Shown here piece by piece: positions 1-9,586 of a stretch of 52,350 bases of DNA. The DNA comes from Candidatus Coprovivens sp. (GTDB lineage Bacteria > Bacillota_I > Bacilli_A > RF39 > UBA660), in contig JBJFGS010000029.1 in the NCBI GenBank assembly GCA_051892935.1, positions 1 through 52,350 of the forward strand. The letters are read 5' to 3'. Under the pieces are notes generated by a model that saw only the letters and a program-made list of their open reading frames with translations, ran no database searches and was not told the DNA's origin. Made by a program: the position numbers and the translations under genes. The stretch's first letter is position 1; every line of letters begins with the position of its first letter.

Positions 1-64
1 AAATAACTTACATTTTAGGTAATGAAAGTGCGGACACTTATTATTTCCATTTATAGAAGATGCT

Positions 65-1492
65 TTAATCTTTTAAAGCATCTTTTATTTTACGCTTAGC
101 TCTTGATGTTACAACATGTTCTAACCATGTTTTACTTGGCTTAGCTTCATCTTTCTGATATAACATAATGCGATCTTTATTATTTAATTTGTGGGTTAGT
201 TTTACTTCTTTACCATTTATATATGCTTTATATAGATGATTTCCTATATCTGTATGAATTTTATATGCAAAATCGATTACTGTTGCACCATTTGGTAGTT
301 CAATTATATCTCCTCTAAGGGTATATACGTATATATTGTTTGAAAATATTTCTTGTTGTACACGGTCAATAAAGTCTGAATCACTATCAATCCCAGCATT
401 TAAGTCACGTAAAGTATTAAAGAATTGATAATTTAGTTTTAATTCATGTTGCATTTTTGTTTTTCCTTCTTCTTTAAAGTATTTCCAATATGCAGCTAAA
501 CCTATTGTATTAATGTCATCCATGGTAGTTGTTTTAATTTGAAATTGGAGTAAGTGATTATCTGGACCAAAGACTGTTGTATGTAGTGAACGATACATAT
601 TAGTTTTAGGACAAGCTATATAATCTTTAAATTTATTGTTCATTGGAGTATATAATTTATGAATTAATCCGAGAACTACATATGGATCTTCATTATCTTC
701 TAGAATAATTTTAACATTTACTAAATCATGAATATCATTTAATTTATATCCTTTATTAAGTTTTTGATATAAGTGGTATGTGTTTAACATTTTTGTACGA
801 ATAGTAAACTTTATATTGCGTTTTTTTAAAGTTTCTATTACTTCATTATTGGCTATTTTTATACTTTCTTCATATTCTTTCCATATTTCTTTTTCTTTTA
901 TTTTTAATGTATCATATGATTCTTTATCTAAGTAAGATAAGCAAATGTCTTCTAGTTCACATTTTAATCTAAAGGCTCCAATAAAGTAAGCTAGTGGAAC
1001 AAAGATATTTAGTGTTTCATTTGCACTTCGAATTCTTTTTTCTGGAGCTTTATATTCTAGAGTTTGCATATTATGGAGACGATCGCATAGTTTGATAATA
1101 ATTATTCTTGCATCATCATTTAAACTATTTATTAATCTTCTAATATTAGCATTTGTTGCTTCGTCTTTGGTGTTGTAGTGAAGGTTACTGATTTTAGTTA
1201 CACCATCTACTAAGAAAGCAACATCATCATTAAATAGTCTTCTTATATCTTCTAAAGTATAATCGGTATCTTCTACTACATCATGTAATAGGCCAGCGCA
1301 AAGTGATGAACCATCTGCTTTAAATTTAGTTAAGTTCATACATACATTAAGAGGATGAATAATATATGGTTCACCACTTTCTCTTTTTTGTTTAGAATGG
1401 GCTTTTTCAGCTATTTTATAAGCTTTTCTTACATTTTCAATTTCATCTGGATTATATAATTCTATTTCTTTTATAACATCTTCTATGGTCAT
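65..1492 (-). CDS. rel: RelA/SpoT homologue (HD hydrolase + degenerate synthetase + TGS), C-terminally truncated, 475 aa
   Basis: HD motifs RESGEPYIIHP, LLHDVVED, KLCDRLHN; synthetase-like FKDYIACPKTNMYRSLHTTV; TGS IDFAYKIHTDIG; no ZFD/ACT tail. Confidence 0.9.
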   Translation of the reverse strand: MTIEDVIKEIELYNPDEIENVRKAYKIAEKAHSKQKRESGEPYIIHPLNVCMNLTKFKADGSSLCAGLLHDVVEDTDYTLEDIRRLFNDDVAFLVDGVTKISNLHYNTKDEATNANIRRLINSLNDDARIIIIKLCDRLHNMQTLEYKAPEKRIRSANETLNIFVPLAYFIGAFRLKCELEDICLSYLDKESYDTLKIKEKEIWKEYEESIKIANNEVIETLKKRNIKFTIRTKMLNTYHLYQKLNKGYKLNDIHDLVNVKIILEDNEDPYVVLGLIHKLYTPMNNKFKDYIACPKTNMYRSLHTTVFGPDNHLLQFQIKTTTMDDINTIGLAAYWKYFKEEGKTKMQHELKLNYQFFNTLRDLNAGIDSDSDFIDRVQQEIFSNNIYVYTLRGDIIELPNGATVIDFAYKIHTDIGNHLYKAYINGKEVKLTHKLNNKDRIMLYQKDEAKPSKTWLEHVVTSRAKRKIKDALKD

Positions 1493-1553
1493 AATATCAC
1501 TTCCAATAATAGTATGTGAGAATTATAGCATATTAAAGACAAAAAAACCATTA

Positions 1554-3428
1554 TTAATATAATGGTTCTTTAGATTCTTTTTCTTTATTTTTTTTATTAA
1601 CTATAATACAGATTATTATTATAGCAATAAAACTTACGATAATACCAATAATAATATTTTTATATTTATTTAGTAGTTTATCAAATTCACTTTGTTCTTT
1701 TATTAAATCGATAGTTGTTATTATATAGTTATTTTGACCATTACTATTAAAGGTTATATAACCATTTTGAACTTTTACTCCATCTGTTACTAAAGTATAG
1801 TTTAATTCTTCATTATAAGAGTATACTTTTACTTCGGTATCTGAAGGATAAATGTCTTCAACATATATGGTTATTTCATTATCTTCTGGTATATTTATAT
1901 TATATGTTAATGGACTATCGTTTGTTTTTGTTATATATAAATCTAAGTCTGTTTCTGGTAAATTATTTTTAAGTATTAGTTGGTATAATAAACCATTACT
2001 CATATTAACGATATTATAATATAATTTAGTATTATTTTCTTTTAGATTTTTTATTAGTGATACAGGAATTGTTTGAGTATTTTTGGATGTTGTACTATAT
2101 AGAAAATCTGTAGTACCTGTTACATTATTGAAGTCTTTTATTACAACTGCTGAGTTAGGATTTTTATAGGCAATTATTTTGTATTCCGTTGTTTCTTCTG
2201 TTTCTTCATCTATTTTTTCTGAAACTGTTATTGTTACTAAGTTGATTCCAGATTCTAGTTTTTCATTTCCTGTTATTTTTGTTGTAGCAGTTGTACTTTC
2301 AGTTATAGCATCAATTGATAGCTGTGAATATTCTTTTCCTATACCATAGAGGAAAGTTTTTTTATCATTTGATAAATCTAGAACAAGATTATTAATTTTT
2401 AAGCTTAGTAATTTACTACTTTTCTTTATTGTTTGTAGTTCTTCGTTAGAACGAATTATATTAATTACATAGGATTGTTCTTTACCACCTGATGATGTTA
2501 CTTTAAGAGTAAAACTATTTAATCCTATATTTAAGTTTTTGGTTCCTGTACCTGTTAAAGTTGCATTAGGATCTGTTGTACGGCCAGTTATCATTACTGA
2601 ATTGACACTTTTACTTACTGTTGCTTCATAAACATTTTTGTCTTTATTATATTTAATTGAGGTGTTAGAAACAGTTAGGCTTTTTAAAGTTGTATCTCCA
2701 GTACGATTATCGGTTCTGGTTATCATTATTTCGTATGTACTAGTTGATTTGTCTTGAGCTGTAACTATTACTTTTACTCTATTAGCACCATATTCTAATG
2801 TTTTTTTACCTATTCCAGTTATTGTCTGCTTACTATTACCTTTAGTTGCTCCTATGTTTACTGATGTTACATTAGCAGGGACTGTTAAGTTATAATTGTA
2901 TACTTTTTTACTGAATGTAGGCTGTATAGTGTATCCTTCAACATATAAAGTTCCAATTAAAGTATCACTATTTGGTTCTTGGGCATTTATAAAAATGCCT
3001 GCCATAGTTTGAGCCATTACATCACCATTTGTATAATAGGATTCTCCGTTACGATCGACATCTATTTCAGTGAATCCAGCTTTTAAGACTTTAAGTTTTA
3101 ATTGAACTATAGGACCACTTGCCCAGTTTCCGGAAGTTTTATCTATGTATACTCTACCTTGTTCTATTTTTTCAGTTCCTTCGTCAGCTCCGAATCTTAT
3201 CCAGATAACGTCTTCTAAACTAAAGTATGTAGGGTCATAATCTATATATACATGAAAATCTCTTATTTTTAATGTATCACCATAGTTAGCTTCTAATTGG
3301 ACATAAACGTAACTTCCAACTACTGGATTTTGAGTAGCTGCACTAAGTTCTGTAGCAGCTTTTGTTAAGCAAGGAAAAAGAAAAAATAATGCAATTATTG
3401 TAAATATAAAACTTTTTATTATCTTCAT
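1554..3428 (-). CDS. Cell-surface protein: signal peptide, cohesin-like domain, about 3 cadherin-like beta-sandwich repeats, C-terminal TM anchor
   Basis: N-terminal signal; repeats of L..L.V ... Y...V...V.SV.I ... ITG.G.K.L..G.N...I.V; hydrophobic C-terminus followed by a Lys-rich tail. Confidence 0.75.
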   Translation of the reverse strand: MKIIKSFIFTIIALFFLFPCLTKAATELSAATQNPVVGSYVYVQLEANYGDTLKIRDFHVYIDYDPTYFSLEDVIWIRFGADEGTEKIEQGRVYIDKTSGNWASGPIVQLKLKVLKAGFTEIDVDRNGESYYTNGDVMAQTMAGIFINAQEPNSDTLIGTLYVEGYTIQPTFSKKVYNYNLTVPANVTSVNIGATKGNSKQTITGIGKKTLEYGANRVKVIVTAQDKSTSTYEIMITRTDNRTGDTTLKSLTVSNTSIKYNKDKNVYEATVSKSVNSVMITGRTTDPNATLTGTGTKNLNIGLNSFTLKVTSSGGKEQSYVINIIRSNEELQTIKKSSKLLSLKINNLVLDLSNDKKTFLYGIGKEYSQLSIDAITESTTATTKITGNEKLESGINLVTITVSEKIDEETEETTEYKIIAYKNPNSAVVIKDFNNVTGTTDFLYSTTSKNTQTIPVSLIKNLKENNTKLYYNIVNMSNGLLYQLILKNNLPETDLDLYITKTNDSPLTYNINIPEDNEITIYVEDIYPSDTEVKVYSYNEELNYTLVTDGVKVQNGYITFNSNGQNNYIITTIDLIKEQSEFDKLLNKYKNIIIGIIVSFIAIIIICIIVNKKNKEKESKEPLY

Positions 3429-3543
3429 ATTAATTCTCCTTATTATAATATATTTTTATTATATTATATATTTTTAGATAATTCAATTAGAGGTCATTTA
3501 CCTTTTTTGATTTTTTTGGTAACATAAATTTGGGTGATTAAAA

Positions 3544-3912
3544 ATGAATGATTGTATTTTTTGTAAAATTGTTAAAGGAGAAATACCTAGTAAAAAGTTA
3601 TATGAAGATGATAATGTCATAGTTATTATGGATGTTAATCCACAAGTTAATGGACATGCTTTGGTTATTCCTAAGAAACATGTTACTGATTATATAGAAG
3701 CTGATAACGATACTATTAATAATGTGTTTGCGGCAGCTAAGTTAATGGGACCTACTATTATGAATAAATTAGGTTCTAAGGGATTAACATGTGGAATTAA
3801 TTATGGAGATAGTCAAGCTGTAAAACATTTACATTTACATATTTTACCTGATTATTTGTTTCATAGTAAGGTAGACAAATCAACTGATGAAGTTTATGAA
3901 ATATTAAAATAG
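3544..3912 (+). CDS. hit: HIT family nucleotide hydrolase
   Basis: DCIFCKI N-terminus, GHALVIPKKH, HLHLHIL histidine triad. Confidence 0.93.
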   Translation: MNDCIFCKIVKGEIPSKKLYEDDNVIVIMDVNPQVNGHALVIPKKHVTDYIEADNDTINNVFAAAKLMGPTIMNKLGSKGLTCGINYGDSQAVKHLHLHILPDYLFHSKVDKSTDEVYEILK

Positions 3913-3937
3913 AAGATATAAAATATCTTCTATTTTT
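3906..3937. terminator. Bidirectional intrinsic terminator overlapping both convergent stop codons
   Basis: aaaatagaagatat-aaa-atatcttctatttt inverted repeat. Confidence 0.8.
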
Positions 3938-5276
3938 GGTATGCACTATGTACTAAGATGTTATTTGCATAATAGTTATCTACTAAGTTACCTTTTTCAT
4001 CTATTACTTGGAAATCTATAAAGTCTTCTTTTCCATTATAGGTTTCAATTTTTATTATTTTTTGGTAACCATTAATAGTTTTTACTTTATCACCAAGTAA
4101 TGGTTTATCATAGCCATTTCTATTAGTGTATGATTTCCAACCATTTAAAGTATATATTGGATGATAATCAGTTGCTTCTATATATGCATTATTTTCTAAA
4201 GTATATCTTATGAAATTAGTGGCATTTTGGTGAATAAACACTTGTTTTACTTTACCTATTTTTATTTTATTTTCTAGGAAATCATAGTATGCAATTTCAT
4301 CGCTTTCTTTGATGTTTTTTGCTATTTTAGTTTTACCATCTTGGCTTATTAATATTTGACTTGTTGGAGAAATACATTCGGCAGCAGTTTTGCATGTATA
4401 TGTGGCGTTTTCCACTATTAGTGTTTGGCCATTTGCTCTAACTCCATCTAGTGAATATATTAAACCATCTGGTAGTAAGACAGAGTAATCTTCTGATGCT
4501 GTTGTATATCCTGTAGTATTATATTGGCTATTAAACCATTCTTTAAAGGTCATACCTTTTTCAAATTGAAGATTATCATAACCACATAGTGAGAACTCTC
4601 CTATTTCTTTTTTCTCTATTTCAACATTTAAATAAACATCTATTTTTATTGATTCTATAGCTTTTATTATAGTAGGAATTACTGATATTAATATTATAAT
4701 TATCAATGTAGTTTCTTTATATTTAGACATTATTTTTATTAATATTACTATCGTTAGGATTGATATTATAATAATTAAAAGATATTTTATTATATTGATT
4801 GTATTGTTGGTATTAGGATTATTTACTGATTTTTGTTCTTCATAGTTGAAATTTATATTCATATAATTATCATTTTTATAAACATTATTTATATATTCTT
4901 CATTCGGTACTTCTTTAGAATATATTATTGTTATATAAAATATTCTTTCTGTTTGTGGTTCTATTATATTTTTTTCTTCGTTCCATTCAAATTTATATTC
5001 TATATATGGTTCTTCTGTTAATTCTTGTGTATTAGAAGATAATTTGTATTCTTTAGTACTATTATTTTTTATTTTTACTTCGTATTTGGCAGAATCTCCT
5101 ATCTCTTTAAATTTTAAATCAAAATATATCTTTAATTCTTCAGTTGATGGAGGCGATATTTCTTCTGTATTACCATTGCTTTCTAATAGAGTAATGTTTT
5201 CTATTTCTATATCTTTGGCATTGGAAATAGAAAGGGGAATTAAAAGTAATAATATAAATGCTATAATTTTTTTCAT
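3930..5276 (-). CDS. Membrane/secreted protein with C-terminal Hint (intein-like/BIL) domain
   Basis: Signal peptide, NPNT followed by two hydrophobic segments; from Cys301: CISPTSQI (block A), ATDYHPI (block B), NYYANNILVHS (block G-like). Confidence 0.85.
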   Translation of the reverse strand: MKKIIAFILLLLIPLSISNAKDIEIENITLLESNGNTEEISPPSTEELKIYFDLKFKEIGDSAKYEVKIKNNSTKEYKLSSNTQELTEEPYIEYKFEWNEEKNIIEPQTERIFYITIIYSKEVPNEEYINNVYKNDNYMNINFNYEEQKSVNNPNTNNTINIIKYLLIIIISILTIVILIKIMSKYKETTLIIIILISVIPTIIKAIESIKIDVYLNVEIEKKEIGEFSLCGYDNLQFEKGMTFKEWFNSQYNTTGYTTASEDYSVLLPDGLIYSLDGVRANGQTLIVENATYTCKTAAECISPTSQILISQDGKTKIAKNIKESDEIAYYDFLENKIKIGKVKQVFIHQNATNFIRYTLENNAYIEATDYHPIYTLNGWKSYTNRNGYDKPLLGDKVKTINGYQKIIKIETYNGKEDFIDFQVIDEKGNLVDNYYANNILVHSAYQK

Positions 5277-5334
5277 TGTTACACTTCCTATCTTATAGTT
5301 TATTTATATCAAAAAATACTAAGTAATACAATAA

Positions 5335-5365
5335 AAAATAACATCTCAATTGGAGATGTTATTTT
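5335..5365 (-). terminator. Intrinsic terminator of the RNase J gene
   Basis: aaaataacatctc-aattg-gagatgttatttt. Confidence 0.75.
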
Positions 5366-7010
5366 ATACTTCTTGAACAACTGCTATAATCATAGGTTTA
5401 CATTCTGTTTCATGATATAGATATTTACCTAGTTCTTCTCTAATTTCATTTTTAATCTTATTATATTCAATATAAGAATCAGTGATATTTCTTTCGATAA
5501 TATTTAATGATATACGTTTTATTTCTTCAATCATTTCGGATGAGTCTTTAACATAGATAAAACCTCTTGTAGTTACTTCAGGACCAACTAGCAATACTTT
5601 TTCTTTTTTAGAAATAGTAGCACTAATTAACACAATACCATTTTCAGATAACATTTCACGATCTTTTATAACTAGTTCTCCAACATCTTCAGTACTATTA
5701 CCATCTATTAAAATATCATTAACTTTAATATGATCAAAACACTCTGCGTTTAGATTGCCATCTATTATTTCAACAACATCACCATTTTGTTTTAAAATAA
5801 TGTTTTCTTTTGGTATTTTTAATTCTGTTGCGATGTTAGCATTGTTTACCATATAACGATACTCGCCTTTTACTGGCATGTAATATTTTGGTTTTAGAAG
5901 ATCTATCATAATCATTAAATCTTCTGATGAAGCATGATGTAAAATAGTCTTTTCTTTAGGTATTGTTACTATTTCACAACCATGTGTAGCTAAGTCATTT
6001 TGGACTTTGACAAGTGTTTTTTCACTACTATCATATTTTGGTTCTGCAAAGACAACAGTATCTGTTTCCTTTAGTTTGATAAATTTATCATAACCATTTA
6101 TTATTTTACTGATAGAAGCATATGGATTTTCTTTACTATCTTGAATTAGAAGAATTGAATTTTTATCTTCAATATTAGATAAATCTCCTAGAGTATTATC
6201 TGGAAAATTTAAATAACCTTCTTTTTTAGAAAAATTAATTATATTTTGGAGATTTTTTCCCATTATTACTATTTTACGATGAGTATTAGCTGCGGCATCA
6301 AATATTTCTTGTATGGTGTAGATATGAGTTGGTAAAACAGCAAATATCATTCGATAATCAGTATGTTTGATAGCATCTTTAAATATATTAACTAAACGAT
6401 GAGATGGTGAAGTATGACCTATACGTTCTGAAAAAACAGATTCACAAAGTAATGCTAAAACACCTTGTTTCCCAACGTAAGCTATTTTTCCTAAGTCCAT
6501 TGAGTATTTATCCATCATTTTAGGATCTATTATAAAGTCACCTGTATATACTATTGCTCCATCTTTAGTATTAATTACATACATAACTGCATCTGGTGCA
6601 GAATGGTTAACACTAATTGGGAAAATACTAACGTGACCAAAGTTAATTTTTCGATGAGGAGTTATTTCAGTTATGCGTTTTTCATTGATACCATCATTGG
6701 TTAAAATGAATTTTGTAAATTTTGTAGCATATACTTTAATATTAGGAATTTCTTTTATTAAATCTTCGGTAGCTCCCATGTTTTCGTAATGACCATGTGT
6801 TAAGAATAGACCTTTAATACGATTTTGATTTTTTATTAAATAATCAAAATCAGGTATTATATAGTCTATACCATATAAATTTTCATTAGCATATTTTAAT
6901 CCACAATCGAAAATAAAAATATCTTTATCTACTTCTACAACATAACAGTTTTTGCCCATTTCGTCTAGTCCACCAAGACTAAACATTTTTATATTACACA
7001 TTAAAAACAT
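5364..7010 (-). CDS. rnjB: Ribonuclease J, J2-like
   Basis: LGGLDEMGKN, beta-CASP metallo-beta-lactamase architecture, PVKGEYR; metal motif THGHYENM is degenerate, as in J2 paralogues. Confidence 0.85.
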   Translation of the reverse strand: MFLMCNIKMFSLGGLDEMGKNCYVVEVDKDIFIFDCGLKYANENLYGIDYIIPDFDYLIKNQNRIKGLFLTHGHYENMGATEDLIKEIPNIKVYATKFTKFILTNDGINEKRITEITPHRKINFGHVSIFPISVNHSAPDAVMYVINTKDGAIVYTGDFIIDPKMMDKYSMDLGKIAYVGKQGVLALLCESVFSERIGHTSPSHRLVNIFKDAIKHTDYRMIFAVLPTHIYTIQEIFDAAANTHRKIVIMGKNLQNIINFSKKEGYLNFPDNTLGDLSNIEDKNSILLIQDSKENPYASISKIINGYDKFIKLKETDTVVFAEPKYDSSEKTLVKVQNDLATHGCEIVTIPKEKTILHHASSEDLMIMIDLLKPKYYMPVKGEYRYMVNNANIATELKIPKENIILKQNGDVVEIIDGNLNAECFDHIKVNDILIDGNSTEDVGELVIKDREMLSENGIVLISATISKKEKVLLVGPEVTTRGFIYVKDSSEMIEEIKRISLNIIERNITDSYIEYNKIKNEIREELGKYLYHETECKPMIIAVVQEV

Positions 7011-7153
7011 CTCTTTTCTATTAATTATTTTTTTTCTAAAAAGGCTTGTGTCTTTGTAATTATAACAGAATTATTCTATTTTAGCAATTAACTATGATAT
7101 TTTCATATAAAAATAATACACTTATTATGTATTATTTTACAAATTAATAATTA

Positions 7154-7942
7154 TTAATTTGATTCATCTATTAACTCTGATAAAGGAATGATATTTAAAT
7201 TACGATAAGATATTTGATTTAGAAGTAATTCTAATTCTATTATAGATAGTGTGTCTTTTATAAGTATTATATCTCCACTACTTATTTTATTTATTGTTTG
7301 ACTTATATTAGAGTGACTTATTATTAAAGATGGTTTAAATAGATATTTTTCTTTACATTGCTTTGGTATATTAGTTTCATCTTTTATATAACATAAGTTT
7401 TTATTAAGATTATTTTTATTTAAATATTTTTCTATATTATTATAAGTTGTATCTTGATTAGAATTGTTGATAAGTTCATACTTATTATCATAAGTTTCTT
7501 TATTAATAAGAAGATTAACTCGATAATTATTATTATACATATATTCACTTAGCAAATTATTATTTTCAAATATAATAGAAATACTATTTTTTTCTTTATT
7601 ACCTTTTATAATTATTTTATCTTTATTATCTTCAATACTTATATTAGGTTTTATTTCGTTGAATACTAGTTTATCTTCATTATATATGTTTAATTCGTGC
7701 ATATTGGAAAATGATTTATCAACATTTACTTCTTTACCATTAAGTCCTGGTATTATATATATATTATCTATAATAGTACTATCTATACTACTTACATATT
7801 TAGTATCTTTTATTTCTTTTATTGATTTCATTAATGGATTTTTATTCTTAATATAAAGAGATACTTTTTCTGTATAATAGAAACTCAACATACATAATGC
7901 TATTAATCCGATATATTTAAAATAATTTTTTATAATAATCAC
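7154..7942 (-). CDS. YlxY/SwsB-like degenerate polysaccharide deacetylase (sporulation)
   Basis: N-terminal TM; IPGLNGKEVNVDKSFSNM...LVFNEIKP...KGNKEK resembles the B. subtilis YlxY N-terminal region; NodB catalytic motifs not recognisable; start uncertain because the GTG overlaps a GGTGA RBS-like motif. Confidence 0.65.
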   Translation of the reverse strand: MIIIKNYFKYIGLIALCMLSFYYTEKVSLYIKNKNPLMKSIKEIKDTKYVSSIDSTIIDNIYIIPGLNGKEVNVDKSFSNMHELNIYNEDKLVFNEIKPNISIEDNKDKIIIKGNKEKNSISIIFENNNLLSEYMYNNNYRVNLLINKETYDNKYELINNSNQDTTYNNIEKYLNKNNLNKNLCYIKDETNIPKQCKEKYLFKPSLIISHSNISQTINKISSGDIILIKDTLSIIELELLLNQISYRNLNIIPLSELIDESN

Positions 7943-7949
7943 CTATAAC

Positions 7950-7975
7950 ATTATATGTTTTTCTTTATTTTATAA
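7950..7975 (-). promoter_or_regulatory. Possible sigmaE-type promoter
   Basis: Minus strand ttATAaa...CATATAAT directly upstream of the ylxY-like gene; AT-rich background weakens the match. Confidence 0.35.
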
Positions 7976-8021
7976 TTAATATTTTATATAATAAATTCTA
8001 ATATTTATTAGGGGGATTTAT

Positions 8022-9005
8022 ATGGATATTCAAAAATTCTTAATAGAAAGTATTGTAGATACTTTTGGTAATTATTGTGAATGTGTTATGGGGATTAGTT
8101 CTTTAGAGTTTGATGCACAATTTATTAACGAAGATGGAAATACTATTTCTGATTTGGAATTTATTCAAATTAAATATGAAGAAATATTTATTGATGAAAT
8201 TTTTGATGCTATGTATGCAGATTTGATTGATTTAGGAGAAGCTAAAGAGATAGATTTAGAAAAGATTGTTTCTTTCTTAGCTAGTAAATATTATATTTTT
8301 AACTATAAAACTTCTCCTACTGTTGTTTCGTTTTTAAAGATTTGTTCTCTTGATGAAGTTGTTAATCTTTTTAAAGATAATTATGATTTTGGAAAAGATA
8401 TGATTAAAGCATTTTTTTATTCTTTAATAGATGAAAAAAGATATGATGATAATAGAGAGATTATATATCATAATAATGATCAAGATAGATTATTGGAATA
8501 CGAAAAGAAGTGCGTAGTTACAAAAATATCTACTATTAATAGTGTTTTAAGAGAAGCAATATGTGATATTTATAATCATTATATAAATAATGGATATAGT
8601 GATATTGAAGCTTTAAATAGTACTTGGTTATTTTTTATAAAGGGATTTGATCCTACTTCTAGAATGGGTGATCTTGATGATAACTTAAAACAATTATATA
8701 AAGTATATTCTCTTTGTTTAATATTTAGTGATTTATATGAAGATGTATGTAACAAATCTATTATAGATAGTGATAATTATTATGATAGATTAGCTGATAT
8801 GGTACCTCTTGTTGGAATTCAAACTGGTATTATAGGTGTTCATGCAGATGCTAATGTTAGAAATAGAATGTTAAAGCACTTTATCCTATTGCAAGATGAA
8901 AAGAAGAAAATGAGAGAAAATAGAGATAAAACTTATAAGGATGGTAGAGTTAAACAACTTAAAAAAGTTAATCCGCTATATGTATTAGACGAACTAACTT
9001 TTTAA
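8022..9005 (+). CDS. Hypothetical protein, acidic, 327 aa
   Basis: Long ORF with GGGGGA RBS; no recognised motif. Confidence 0.75.
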   Translation: MDIQKFLIESIVDTFGNYCECVMGISSLEFDAQFINEDGNTISDLEFIQIKYEEIFIDEIFDAMYADLIDLGEAKEIDLEKIVSFLASKYYIFNYKTSPTVVSFLKICSLDEVVNLFKDNYDFGKDMIKAFFYSLIDEKRYDDNREIIYHNNDQDRLLEYEKKCVVTKISTINSVLREAICDIYNHYINNGYSDIEALNSTWLFFIKGFDPTSRMGDLDDNLKQLYKVYSLCLIFSDLYEDVCNKSIIDSDNYYDRLADMVPLVGIQTGIIGVHADANVRNRMLKHFILLQDEKKKMRENRDKTYKDGRVKQLKKVNPLYVLDELTF

Positions 9006-9079
9006 TGTTGTATAGGTTGATTAATTGTGAATAATGTTTAGACATTATTCTTTTTTATCTAAATAATGGTGAGGTATTA

Positions 9080-9535
9080 TTATTTAGATATCTTTTTTAA
9101 ACCGAAGATAATAATTATAACAGAACCAATAATTAAGATTATTCCTGGAGTTACTAATAATAAGCTACTTAGTAAGGTCTCGTTACGTCCTGAAGCATTA
9201 TCATAGTAGCCATTTTTGGTCTTACTTATTTCAAAATCTATTTTTAATATATCTTCTTCTATTTTGTTTATTCTATCGGTTAATTCTGTATATTTAGTTG
9301 TTTTTCCAATAGTATTATATTCTTTTAATTGTTCTTGTTTTAGATTTTCTTCTTCATTTATTAATGTTTCTTTTTCTTTTTCTAATTCTTCTATTTTTTT
9401 ATTATTTTTTTCATTTTGAAGTTTTTGTCTATTTTCGATAGATCTTGTTATTCCTATTTTAGTAAGTAAGCATCCACTTGATAGTGTTGTAATAAAAAGT
9501 AATATTACTATAATTATTTTTATTTTTTTATTCAT
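9080..9535 (-). CDS. Membrane protein, TM-coiled coil-TM
   Basis: Hydrophobic termini and E/K-rich heptads; GGTGA RBS. Confidence 0.75.
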   Translation of the reverse strand: MNKKIKIIIVILLFITTLSSGCLLTKIGITRSIENRQKLQNEKNNKKIEELEKEKETLINEEENLKQEQLKEYNTIGKTTKYTELTDRINKIEEDILKIDFEISKTKNGYYDNASGRNETLLSSLLLVTPGIILIIGSVIIIIFGLKKISK

Positions 9536-9586
9536 AGTATCACCATTGTCATTTTAACAATTAATGATGACTTTGTAAATTAGCTT

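Noticed and set aside
3930-4376. True intein or polymorphic-toxin pretoxin HINT
   Set aside because: No terminal Asn, no C-extein or toxin domain (only AYQK follows), no endonuclease and no immunity gene
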